Notes under the pieces: generated by a model | The model's input: the letters and a program-made list of their open reading frames with translations, nothing else | What the model was told of the DNA's origin: nothing | The model's database searches: none | Shown: positions 1-12,041 of the stretch, piece by piece | Layout: every line of letters begins with the position of its first letter | Numbering within the stretch: position 1 is the stretch's first letter | Assembly: GCF_006345805.1 (NCBI RefSeq) | Contig: NC_043004.1 | Coordinates: 75,082,001 to 75,146,000 of the forward strand | Source: Octopus sinensis | Lineage: Eukaryota | DNA: 64,000 nucleotides | Direction: 5' to 3' | Translations under genes and position numbers: made by a program

Positions 1-980
1 GATATAAATAACATGTTATAAATGTATAAGAAACAAGTATGGTTCTTCAGTTCAATCCCTCTGCATGGGACATTCGGTAACTTGGGCAAGTATCTTCTAC
101 AATAGACTTGGGTTGGTTAAAGTTTTGAGAGTGGATTTGAATGAAAACAAGAAGAAACGAAGTGTGTGTGTGTGCATGCATGTGTGTGTATGTGTGTATA
201 AATATATACTAGCATATATGTGTGTGTATATATATACCATAAATGTTACAAGTATTTCATTTTTGATGGTAGAACTTGCTGTAGATAATGCAATAAACAA
301 TAACATTTAAATAATGGATTAAACGTTCCCATGGATAGAAAAAGGTCAAGGGTATCTGTGAGATTTAAATTCTTTTTGTAAACACGACAGACGTTTTACC
401 ATTGGACCAAGATAATTTTTCAAAATTTTCCCCTTCCCTTTAAGAAGCTTTGTTGATACCAGTGAGAAGTGTACGTTACTTACATTGCAAAAAATATGAA
501 TGCTGGAGTTCAAAGTATAAAAAGCTATGAATGATATATTTTAAGCATATAGGTGTAGGTGTGGCTGTGGTAAGAAGTTTACTTCCAAGCCACATGGTTC
601 CAGGTTCAGCTCCACTGTGTGGCACCTTGTATAAGTGTCTTCTACTATAGCCTCAGTATGACCCAAACCTCGTGAGTGGATTTGGCCTGTGGAAACCAAA
701 TGAAGCCTGTGGTATGTATGTATATCTATGTGTTTCTTTGACTGTGTTCATCCCCCACCACTAGTTGACAACCAGTGATGGTGTGTTTATGTCCCCGTAA
801 AAGATACCGACAGTATAAGTATCAGGCTTCAAAATAATAGGTTCCAGAATCAATTCAATCAACTAAAAATTCTTCAAGGTGATGCCCCAGCGTGGCCACA
901 GTCTAACGACTGAAACAAGTCTGATAAAAGAAAGGTAAAACATATTAATATGCAACATAGAAATACCGTAAGACACTAAC

Positions 981-1204
981 ATTGCTTTTGTCGTAATGAG
1001 TGAAACACAATAAGGATACTTGGTTGGTGAGTCATATTCCGTAGAATAGTATGGTTCCGTCCAGTGAATTTGTGTGCCTTTTCTATGCTCAGGCGGCTCG
1101 AGTCTGTCCAGTAGATCCAGTCTTCAAACACTGCAAGTGAGTGAATGAATGGTACATTCTCTTTCATTACCGTTTGTCTGTGAGTACCATCCAAATTGGC
1201 ATAT
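981..1204 (-). CDS. LRP2: LRP2-like exon, end of propeller (YANLDGTHRQTV...FEDWIYWTD...AHKFTGRNHT...HSLRQKQ)
   Basis: tttgtag/gttag, 224 nt, phase 2-1. Confidence 0.95.
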
Positions 1205-3239
1205 CTACAAAAGCAAAAGGATTAATAACAAATGGCTGCTCCATGTGGGAATTTGTTCTGTTGTATAATGACAATCAGTCATGGTAGAAGGCCATCAATT
1301 TTAGAGAAGACAGTTAACGAATTACGTTGGCACCCCACCACCTGCTACTTATTATTACCGACACTGCAAATGAAAGATGAAACCAACCTCATTAGAATTT
1401 GAACTCAGAATGTAAGGAGCCAGAAGAAATGCCACAAGGCATTTTGTCTGCTGTGTTAAAGATTTTGTGAACACACCTCATTGACCCAATAACAATAAAA
1501 ATAATAATAATAATAATCCTTTCTACAATAGGTGCAAGGCCTGAAATTTGAGGGAAAGGTAGAGTCAATTACATCGACCCCAGCACATAACTGGTACTTA
1601 ATTTATCGACTCCAAAAGGATGAAGAGCAAAGTCGACCTTTGGTAGAATTTGAACTCAGACATCATTTAACATTTGTTTTCCATGCTGGCATGGATTGGA
1701 TAGTTTCACAGGAGCTCGAGAGGCTGGGAGTTTACACGTGGTTTTTAAAGCTGAATGTCCTTTCTAACTCCAGCCACTTGACAGAGTGTACTGGGTGCAT
1801 TTTACGTGGCACCAGCACCAAGAGGGTCACCAAGAACCTTGCAAGACAAAACCCCGTCAGTTGAGAAGGGGGTAGTATTGAGAGAGAAAAAAGAAATGTG
1901 TTTGGATTAAGGGTTTCACATGTCAAATTAACTGAAAGGAATCTTTCAACGGAAGGGATCTGGATAAAGTGTGTGTGCAAACTTGAGTGTGTATGTGAAG
2001 ATGATGTGTGATATATATATATATATACATACACATATATATAATCTTCATCATCATCGTTTAACATCTACCTTCTATGCTGGCATGGATTTGATGGTTT
2101 GACTGGAATTGGTAAGCCAGAGAGCTCCACCAAATTCCAGTCTGATTTGACATGGTTTCTACAGCTGGATGCCATTCCTAACGACAGCCATTCCAAGAGT
2201 GTAATGGTCACTTTCTACATGCCACTGGCACGAGTTCTTTCACATACCACTGGCATGGGTGCTAATGACATGACACTAGCATTGGTCATAACTAGAACTT
2301 CACTTGGTTTAATAAGTTTTCTCAAGCAGAGAATATCACCAATAGGTTGCAGTCACTTGTCATCACCTATGTGGGGCCCAACACTTGAAGAAGATCATGC
2401 TTCACCAACGCATCCCATGTCTTCCTGGGTCTCTCTCTTCCACAGCTTCCCCCTCGAACTTCTTCACACAGCTGTCCACATCCACACACATCCCACGACC
2501 ATACCAATGCAGTCGTCTCTCTTGCACACCACACCTGATGCCTCTTATGCCCAATTTTTCTCTCAAGACACTATCATACATGCATACTGACCATTGCCCA
2601 TCCAGCAAAGCACACTAGTGTCAGAGCTCACTTAGTCCTGCCTAACTGAGATTTGAAACCGAAACTACACACTCATTGCTCATCAGACGACTGTCTGACT
2701 CCTTTGTGCTTTATCTCCATGCTGAGAGATTAATGTGAAACATCTGACCCCTTAGGATCTTTGTTTTAGGTCTCACCTACCTCCAGGTCATACCCTATAT
2801 AACTGAGATTATCTTTCTCTCACCATCTTTGCTTCAGCTGACCAATAGAGAGCTCACATTGCTAGTCGTGTCAGCCCTTAACCAGGAGCAACAGCATCAG
2901 CCAAATGGAAAGGGACAACGTAATCCTTTCTTCCTCTCCATCAACAAAACGCACAGCTTCCACACTAACAACCACCAGTGAGCTACCAATGCACCGTTAC
3001 TATTGGCGATCACTCCTATGTCTGTGTTACAAAACACTGCCAGCAAATAAATTTGTGAATATTATTCTTTTCCTCTTCAATGTTGTTATTATGCTGTATC
3101 ATCCTGCATTTGACCGATGGTGATGCTCCACATCTGACCACTACATTAAGTAACCTCAATGTACACACACACATCTGTCTGTCACATTTAGCCTCATTTT
3201 CCCAAGCCTACACATGTCCTCAGTGGTCACAGCACATGT

Positions 3240-3738
3240 TCCATTGCAGTATAGTATAGCTGTTCATACACAGACATCATACAGTCTTCCTTTCACCCTG
3301 GGGGGGGGAGGCTTTTAGTTACCAACAAAAGTAGAAACTGTCTGAACTTTGCCCAGCCTATTCTTAGTCTAGCAGCTATCTTCTCAGAGCATCCAACTTT
3401 GCTACTGACTTGGTTACCTAGGTAACAGAAGCTATCAATTAATTCTAGGTATCCCCTCAGGCATCTAATGGACAGGATTTTCTGTACATTTCTAGTGTTT
3501 ACTGCACTTGTGCACCTTCCAAACACACACACACAAAAAAAATAGGTTCCCTGTTAACCTTCCTCTGATATTGTTGCACCTCTTATGTGTCCATAGCTTA
3601 CACTGAGTACATCTTATGGGATTTCTACTCACACCTCTTCTACATATTGAACAGGGCCATCTACCCGAGGGGATTTGTGATTTGTCTGCTTTACTACTTA
3701 CTAAGACTTTGGTTTTTGCTAAATTAACTCTAAGGCCC

Positions 3739-3740
<2 letters not shown>
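3240..3740 (-). mobile_element. Degraded RTE LINE fragment (PHD-like finger region)
   Basis: KGLRVNLAKTKVL...WPCSICRRGV...WTHKRC; matches the 22693 element. Confidence 0.85.
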
Positions 3741-3771
<31 letters not shown>

Positions 3772-3871
3772 CAATGGGCTTCCATACAGTTCCTGTTTGC
3801 TAAATTTGTTCATGGTAACGGAATAAATAAATATTTTACAGAAATGCAAACTCCAAACAAAGAATACTTAC

Positions 3872-4042
3872 TCGATCGCATCAAAGTGGGCATCTGCCCA
3901 CCACATCCGTTGACTCTCGAAATCAATAGTTAAACCAGTTGGTAAGCCGAGACCATCTATGATCAAACGTTCATAGTTTGAGCCATCCATGCCAATCCTT
4001 CCTATCCATGCTTTCGAGGGAATATCGATAAAGTACAAGTAC
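3872..4042 (-). CDS. LRP2: LRP2-like exon, YWTD repeats (YLYFID...IGRIGMDGSN...PTGLTIDFESQRMWWADAHFDAI)
   Basis: tttaaag/gtaag, 171 nt, phase 2-2. Confidence 0.93.
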
Positions 4043-5835
4043 CTTTAAAAAGAATGATTAATTGTATTTATCAAAGTGATGAGGAAGAGAATAACGAAAA
4101 TGAAATTGATAAAAAAATGGTAAGGAAAATGATGAGCATAGCAGTTTCAAACGTTGGTCCAAGACCAGCCGTTTTGAAGGGCAGGGTGCAGGTTGATTAT
4201 AGTCTTTTCTACTCTAGGCACAAGGCCTGAAATTTTGGGGGAGGTGGGGCAGTCAATTAGATTGACCCCCAGTATGCAACTGGTACTTTTCCTGCCAGCT
4301 CTCCACCTGTTATTAGACTATATTGATGCCAGTACTTGATTTTTAACTATCTAAGAGGGACCGAAAGGTAAAGTTGAACTTGGTGGCTCTGGAACTCTGA
4401 GTGTAGCAAGCTAGAACATATATCCCAAGACATTCTTCCTAATTATCTAACAATTTTGCTAATTCATCACCCTAATAAGGAATATAATAATGATGATGAT
4501 GATGATGATGGAAAATTGAAGCTCAGTACTTTGAGCTAACCACAAACTAATCAGTAAATTTTCTGGCTAAGTGAACAAGGCTGTTGTGAGTTAGGTACCC
4601 TGGGCTTGGTACTAAGAACTGGATGATCTGCAACCTGTGAACTAGTTTCTGTCCCTTCCTGTCAATAGACTTCTATTATAACTCATTGTGCATGAAGATG
4701 TCAGTTGAACATTTAGCACCAACTCTCCAGTTTCTGAATTTATTCGCAGCCAGGACTGACTTCATATTCCTCCCCAGCTTCACCACACTTGCAGAAGAGA
4801 TATAAATAATTTACTTTCTGGTGAAGCCGATTATTATTAATGGTATCAAAATTAATGACAGAATTTTTAGGGTGATGTCAACTGCTTTTCTAGGGTTTCC
4901 AGAATTCTTGAAGAGGGGATGAGAAGGGAGGAAAACACCCTACAATTCTTGCATACTGAGGTATTAAGTTCTCAAAGCAGAGAACTGGACTTGCTAAAGA
5001 GTGGACAGCCACTAAAAGTTACATTATTTACATTTGATGGATATTTGTCCTCATCCAGCTGGAAGGTACATCAGCCGAAATGTTGTGTTAACAACAAACA
5101 AGATGAGGACAAATATCCATCAAATGTAAATAATGTAAATAATGTACATAATTCCTCATCTCTTAAATATAGAACTGTACCACTAAAAGTTACCTGAAAT
5201 ATATATATATATATATCATCTCTTTGATCAGCTCATGCATTTTTTTCAAACAAGATTTTCTTGAAACCTACGACTGATAAGACTGGTTACCCAATTTCCA
5301 TAGCATATAAGTGACCAAGAGCACAACATTTCCCCTGAATGGGATGCCAGTCCATTGGCGGATTCAGGCTTAGAAATGAGGAGTCAGTCACATTGGCTCC
5401 AGCTCTTGACCACTACTTTATTTTATTAACCCAAAATGGATGCCAGTTGATTGGAGGGTTCAAACTTAGATATGAGGAGCAGTCACACTGACTCCAGTAT
5501 ATGACTGGTACTTCATTTTATTAATCCAGAAAGGATGAAAGGCCAAGCTGACCTCAATGGGATCTGAACTCAGAACGTAGAGTGAGAAGAAATTCTGTTA
5601 TGCTGCTAAGCATTTCGCCTGAGGTGCTAACGAGTCTCATAATTCATTATTTCCAGCTTTCCCATAGTTTCTGCCGATCCAGTGTCATTGACAAGGTTTG
5701 GCTCACACAAAGTCTATAGTAGAAGTTATTTGCTCCGGGTTCCACAGAAAAGGATTGCATCCAGAATCCCTTGACTGCAAAGCAAAATTCTCAATCACAT
5801 GGTCATGCTGGCACCCAACAACTGACAATATTTGA

Positions 5836-6045
5836 CCCCTTTCTTACCAAATTCTTGTATAAGAGATGCTCTGTGATTCTTTCAATTCATTTTAAATATA
5901 ACAAAGAATTTGGTAAAATAACTTCGTTATCATTAAGCTAGTGTTAGGAACATGAATTCTGACTTAAATTTGGTGCAAGATTTTAATTCAGAAGTTAGGA
6001 AAGCAAGATCCAGAGGTGGTTTCAGCCGGGTTGGTATTAAAAGGG
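5836..6045. mobile_element. piggyBac-like MITE (partial copy at about 39457-39650)
   Basis: ccccttt...aaaaggg ends flanked by degenerate TTAA (ttga/ttca); the homolog at 39457 starts ttaacccttt. Confidence 0.55.
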
Positions 6046-6424
6046 TTCATCAGCCGTTTTATAATGAATGGACTTGTACAGGGTTGTCTGTCCTGCTAAA
6101 AATTACAATCAAAATCCTCCTCAAATCCCATCCCACTTTCTGAAAAAGAAAGGCTAAATTGGGAATGCGGTGGGGGGAGATGATGGAATGGTCATACTTG
6201 GAATGTCTTAGATGATACACAAAGTTTTACTGACTTATTGATTTTTAGTGTTCATTGTGTGAAAGTAGATATAATTTTCTAAAAAGCAAAAACCAGATCA
6301 ATGTCAACAGATCTGATCAGAACCTTACGGATTCATAACAAATTTGTAGGGTTTAACACACGTCTCAAGCATTCAGTTTTCTAGCATGAATAAATGTGCT
6401 TAAAAACATGAAGGGGACACATAC

Positions 6425-6553
6425 CCTGTAGGTGGATAGGCGACTAAGAAAGAAACGTGATAAAACAAATGGGTATCTAGTGTTCTTAGACTGGTTCCAT
6501 TCAGCTCTGAGACGAATAAAGCTCGAATATACAACCAAAACGTATATAATTTA
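6425..6553 (-). CDS. LRP2: LRP2-like exon, degenerate YWTD repeat (KLYTFWLYIRALFVSELNGTSLRTL...VAYPPTG)
   Basis: ctttcag/gtatgt, 129 nt, phase 2-2; the LFVSELNG motif fits and the exon bridges its neighbours in frame. Confidence 0.85.
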
Positions 6554-6846
6554 CTGAAAGAGAAAAAAGAAAAGGATTAAAATAGATGCAATTAGTAAGA
6601 GAATAGGAAATGAAGTAAGAAGAATTTCATGTGCAGTGGAAGGAAAAGAGTCGGGAATTGAGTAGCAAACAGACCAAAAATAAAAGGAGCTGGTATGACT
6701 GAGTGGTTAAGAACTTACTTCCCAACTGTATCGTCTTGGGTTCAATCCCTCCGTATGGCACCTCAAGCAAGTGTCTTCTATTAAAGCACTGGGATGACCA
6801 AAGCCTTGTGAGTGGGATTTCATCAATGGAAATTGAAAAAAAAACA

Positions 6847-6877
<31 letters not shown>

Positions 6878-7007
6878 GTAAAGAGAAAGTGAGAGAAAAG
6901 ACAAACATAAAGAGAGAAAGAGAGAGAAAGAGATAGATAGATAGATAAAAGAGAGATAGATAGGTTATTAGATAGATAGATTGATAGATAGATTGATAAA
7001 TAAATAA

Positions 7008-7071
<64 letters not shown>

Positions 7072-7087
7072 ATATGGCTAGTCCCTG

Positions 7088-7148
7088 GGGGTTACCCTGG
7101 GTTTCATGTCCATAAAGAGCTTAACTTCACAGCATTTCTTCAGATCCC
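7088..7148 (-). ncRNA. Type I hammerhead ribozyme motif, minus-strand arm (sense to LRP2 pre-mRNA)
   Basis: GGGAT-CTGAAGA-A-ATGCTGTGAAG..CTTTATGGACAT-GAA-ACC-CAG-GGT-A-ACCCC; all three stems can form, GUA cleavage triplet. Confidence 0.6.
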
Positions 7149-7179
7149 AAAACCTGTTGGCTTAAGGCCAATGGATTTT

Positions 7180-7240
7180 AGGGTCTGAAGAAATGCTGTA
7201 AAGCTCAGCGCTTTATGGATGTGAAACCCAGAGTAATCCT
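7180..7240 (+). ncRNA. Type I hammerhead ribozyme motif (Penelope-like), plus-strand arm
   Basis: AGGGT-CTGAAGA-A-[stem II ctgtaaag/ctttatgg]-GAAA-CCCAGA-GTA-ATCCT; stem I AGGGT/ATCCT; base of stem II and stem III imperfect. Confidence 0.55.
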
Positions 7241-10200
7241 GTAGACCAGCCATAACTATTTTTATCTATATACTCTTCTGCTCTATAATGTAGAGTGTGC
7301 TCCTCTTTCAGATTTATGATTTACCACTCCAAGAGTACACCCACTACACTCTCAGAGTGGTTGGCATTAGGAAAGGCATCCAGCTGTTGAAAACTTACTA
7401 AATCAGATTGGATCCTGGTGCAGCCTCCTGGCTTGCCAGTCCTCAGTCAAACCATCCAACACATGCCAGCATGGAAAGCCGACGTTAAACGATGATGATG
7501 ATGATGATGAATGTGTGTGTGTGTGTGTCCACAAATTTTATAAATATAACTTCTCTAGTAAAAGAAATCATAATTTTCATCATAATAATATCCTTAGAAA
7601 CAATTTACCCACATGAATGAAGGGAATTACTCGTTATCCTTATTTACAATTATTGCTTAGAAATACACACCCGATTTTATAAAAATACCTGATATCTTTT
7701 AATTTTTAGCAAACATATTTAAATTTCTTTTAGAAGGAAGTACACTATAATTTTTTTATATATCTAATACTTTTTCTCTAAATAATGGAATGTATCTATT
7801 AGTCCATTAAAATGCTAAATAATCTCTATATATATGAAGCTGAAGTTATCTGCGTATGGCAGGTTTTAGTAGTCTTCAACTAACACTATCTCCTCCGAGA
7901 CCCTGCGGAGCAAGTTGACCAAAATTGACAGTATGATAGAAGACGGCTTGTTTTTCCTTCCATAGAAGAAAAATTATTTACATCAAAAAGGTGCTTTTTT
8001 TCTATGAAAATCCCAATATTTTACGATTTTTTGACTGCTGTGTCGCCATTTTACGGTGTATTTCAACCAGAAAAATGTTCACTTAAAGAGAATATAGGAA
8101 AAGGGAAAGATGGCTACTTATAAATGCCAAAACCTTCCCAAGAGAAGAATGTACCGCACAATATAGACTAGTAGTTAGCAACTTCGGGATCAGGGCTAAA
8201 TGGACATCCAGAAGACAACCAGCATGGAAGAGAAGGGTCTGGAAGCTTAAAGATCCTGCAAATGGACAGAGACTTAGAGACCAATTATTCAAAGCTTTTG
8301 ATGAAACAGAGGGGGATGTAACATCACATGATGTGGAAGACTACTGGAGCTTTCTACAGGACAACCTGTATTTGAAAATGTATTTAAAAGCTAGAAATAG
8401 CAACCAAATCTTTATAAAATCACTTGTTACCATCTTGATTATCATGATCATCCTGATTATCATCATGTAGCGTCCCCTTTTCCATGCTTGCATGGGTTGG
8501 ATGTAATTTATTGGGGAAGATCTCCTACTGCCAGATGCCCCTCCCGTCACTAACCTCACCCGTTCCCAAGGAAGGTTATATTTTCTCCATTTCCAGACAG
8601 GCTTTTCACTGAAGGCTTGAAACAAACAACCTTGCTTGTATGATGATGATGATTCTTATTTGCAACCATTACATAAAATCTATACAAGAGCACACATAAA
8701 CATATGCTCACACACACACACATAAACATATGCTCACACACACACACACATCCATATATACAGTAGAACCTCAGTTCTTGAACATCTCTGATCACGAATA
8801 AATCATAGTTTATCTCCTGTCTTTCTCACATTCATTTCATACAGTAGTACCTCGGTTTACAAACGCCTCTGATCAAGAATAAATTGTGCTTTATATATAT
8901 CTCCCAAACTGTTGAAGGAATCCAGGGTAGAGGTAGACCCAGGAAGACATGGGATGCAGTGGTCAAGCATGACCTTCGTACTTTGAGCCTCACAGAGGCT
9001 ATGACAAAAGACCGAGACCTCTGGAGATATGCTGTGACTTCGAAGACCCAACAAATGAAGTGAGTTCAGGGCTCACAGGACGGCCTGCTGTGCTAACCTT
9101 GGATCGTAGAGTGACTCGCTGTTCTTGAGGATCCGAAGACCCGACAAATGAAGTGAAATCATGCCCGCAGGACAGCCTGCTGTGCTAACCTTGGATCGTA
9201 GAGTGACCCACTGTTCTTGAGGAGACCTGTTGAGTCAAGTTCGTCAACATCAAAAAAAAAAAAAATTCAAATGGAAACTAGTTAAGACACCCTTGCTGGT
9301 GACAGGTAAAAAGCACCGTTTGAGCATGACAGTTACTAGCGTTGCCTGAATGGTGTCTGTGTCGGTGACACATAAAAGCACCAACCGATCATGGCCGTTT
9401 GCCAGCCTGCTCTGGCTCCTGTGCCGGTGGCACATAAAAAACACCCACTACATTCACGGAGTGGTTGGTGTTAGGAAGGGCATCCAGCTGTAGAAACACT
9501 GCCAAATCAGACTAGAGCCCAGTGCAGCCTCCATGGCTTACCAGACCCCAGTCGAACCATCCAACCTATGCTAGCATGGAAAACGGACGTTAAATGATGA
9601 TGATGATGATGATGATGATATATCTATCTATCTATCTACATAAAGCATGATTTATTCATGATCAGAGTTGTTCGAAAACCAAGGAAAATTACTGTACAAT
9701 GGTTTTCTTTCATTTTCTGCCTACCAAATTCACTCACAAGACTTTTGTTAGCCCAGGGCTATAATAGTAGATACTTGCCTTAGGTGCCATGCACTGAGAT
9801 TGAACTCAAGACATCATGGTTGGGCAGCAAGCTTCTTAATCATACAACCATGCCAATGTTATCTTGGGCGCACATCATCATCATCATCATCATCGTTTAG
9901 TGTGCGCTTTCCATACTAGCATGGGTTGGACGGTTCAACTGGGGTATGGGAAGCCAGAAGGCTGCACCAGGCCCAGTCTGATCTGGCAATGTTTCTATGG
10001 CTGGATGCCCTTCCTAACGCCATCCACTCCAAGAGTGTAGTGGGTGCTTTTTACGTGCCAGACGAGGCTGGCAAACGGCCACGATCGGATGGTGCTTTTT
10101 ATATAACACTGACATGGAGGCCAGGTGGGGCTGGCAATGGCCACAATCGGATGGTGCTTTTTACGTGCCATCGACATGGAGGTCAGTCAGGGCAGCGCTG

Positions 10201-10672
10201 GCAACAGCCATGTTCGGATGGTTCTCTTACATGCCACCGCTACAATTTCCATTGATGTTGATCGATTTTGATTTTGATTTTGATTCTGATTCTCACTTGC
10301 CTCAACAATGGTTACAAAAGAAAATAGATGGGACAGTCATTGCTGGAATGTCTTTATTCTTAAACTTAACACTGTATTAAGAATAACTTTTGTTTACAGC
10401 CAATGTGCATGTGTCAAGATAAAGGGAATATACACTCACTCATGCATACATGCATACATGCATACAGACAGAGAAACAGACAGATAGATAGATTAGCAGG
10501 TAACTAGCTAGCTAGCTAGATAGATAGAGAGAGAGAGAGAGAAAGAGAGGGAGACATTGTAATTACTAAGTGAACATGGTGGGTATATACACTAACCGTC
10601 TCATCCATATAAAGAGAATTATGCTCACACACATAAACGGAGAGAGAGAGACAGAGAGACAGACAGAGAGAC

Positions 10673-10710
<38 letters not shown>

Positions 10711-10856
10711 AGAGACAGAGAACAAGGAGAAAGTTAGAACAAGAAAATAGAGGATAAGATGAACAATAGAGACATTAAAATGTCTGATATCAAATAAGTC
10801 AAAATAGATGGTGCCAAAACATTTCATGCTTATCAATAGCTACAAATATTTCTTAC

Positions 10857-11115
10857 CGACCAACCCAATCGACAGCCAGGGTACATTGACCAAATTGCAT
10901 TTGGTGAAAGAGCACTTTCTGATCAGAGCCATTGAGGAAAATTGTTTGAATGTCTAATGTCCATTTATCAAAAAAGTAGAGTTTTTGCTCCTGGTAGTCA
11001 AAATCAAGGGAAATTAGTTCACGTAATCCTTGAGCTATCAATTGGTAAGTCAAACCATCCAGTGTCATCTTTCGAATATAATGGCGATTACCAAATACAA
11101 GCCATGGAATTTCAT
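10857..11115 (-). CDS. LRP2: LRP2-like exon, start of YWTD propeller (EIPWLVFGNRHYIRKMTLDG...LAVDWVGR)
   Basis: caatag/gtaag, 259 nt, phase 1-2. Confidence 0.93.
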
Positions 11116-11245
11116 CTATTGAAAAAATTCAAGAATTAATTAAGTAAACAAACAAATATACACATATATATATATTATTCTATTTATATATTATTCTAAT
11201 AGCTGGATGAGATGACTAGTGATTTGGTGTAATGTAATGTATGAA

Positions 11246-11776
11246 TCTCTCTCTATATAAACGGCAGTTTGTCTGTCTGTGTGTCTGTGTGTCTGTGTGT
11301 CTGTCAGGTTGTACCCTCACCCTGACCACGGCTTTCAACCGATTCTGATGAAACTTGACACACACATAGCCCAATGTCATAATTCAAAACTAACGCAGTG
11401 AAAATTTTGAAAAGTTCCCCCAGTTCTGAAAATAATCGATAAATTCGACATGGGGTCGAGAATCTAAGCTTTTTATATGCAACACATTTTCTGTTGTAGT
11501 TTTCGCAACTTGCAATCAATTTTCACCAAACTCATTGTGAAGCTTAATGTTATCCTAAGAAACTTAATTCTGATGTTAGTTTTCCATGTAATACCTTACC
11601 ATCAGAAAAAATCGATAAAATCATGCCATTTTGGGAAATCGCGTTCAAATTCAAGATGACATATTTTCGACAATATCTTTCACAAATTGGCAGGAATTTG
11701 TTTTTAATTCACAGTGAGCATCATGTCTGCTCCAGGGGCTCTTACATACCCGGGCAATGCCGGGCTATGCTGCTAG
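11246..11776 (+). mobile_element. Non-autonomous Helitron, same family as 25176-26130
   Basis: Shares about 215 bp of 5' end and about 43 bp of 3' end (hairpin + CTAG) with 25176-26130; different middle. Confidence 0.9.
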
Positions 11777-11859
11777 TTAAGAATAAAATACCATGCTATT
11801 GAAACATATGTATCATGGATTAAACTGCTATTCTCCATTCATCACCTTTTATTTACAAA

Positions 11860-12041
11860 CACACATACATATATACATACATACACACACACACACACAT
11901 ATACGCACATACATACATGCATACATACATACACACATACACACACACACACACACACACATACATACACACATACACACACACACACATACATACATAC
12001 ATACATACATACATACATACATACATACATACAGACATACA
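11860..12041. repeat. (CA)n/(CATA)n compound microsatellite, one of many (also (GATA)n at 6930-7070 and (GA)n at 22348-22415 and 47265-47411)
   Basis: Direct inspection. Confidence 0.95.
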
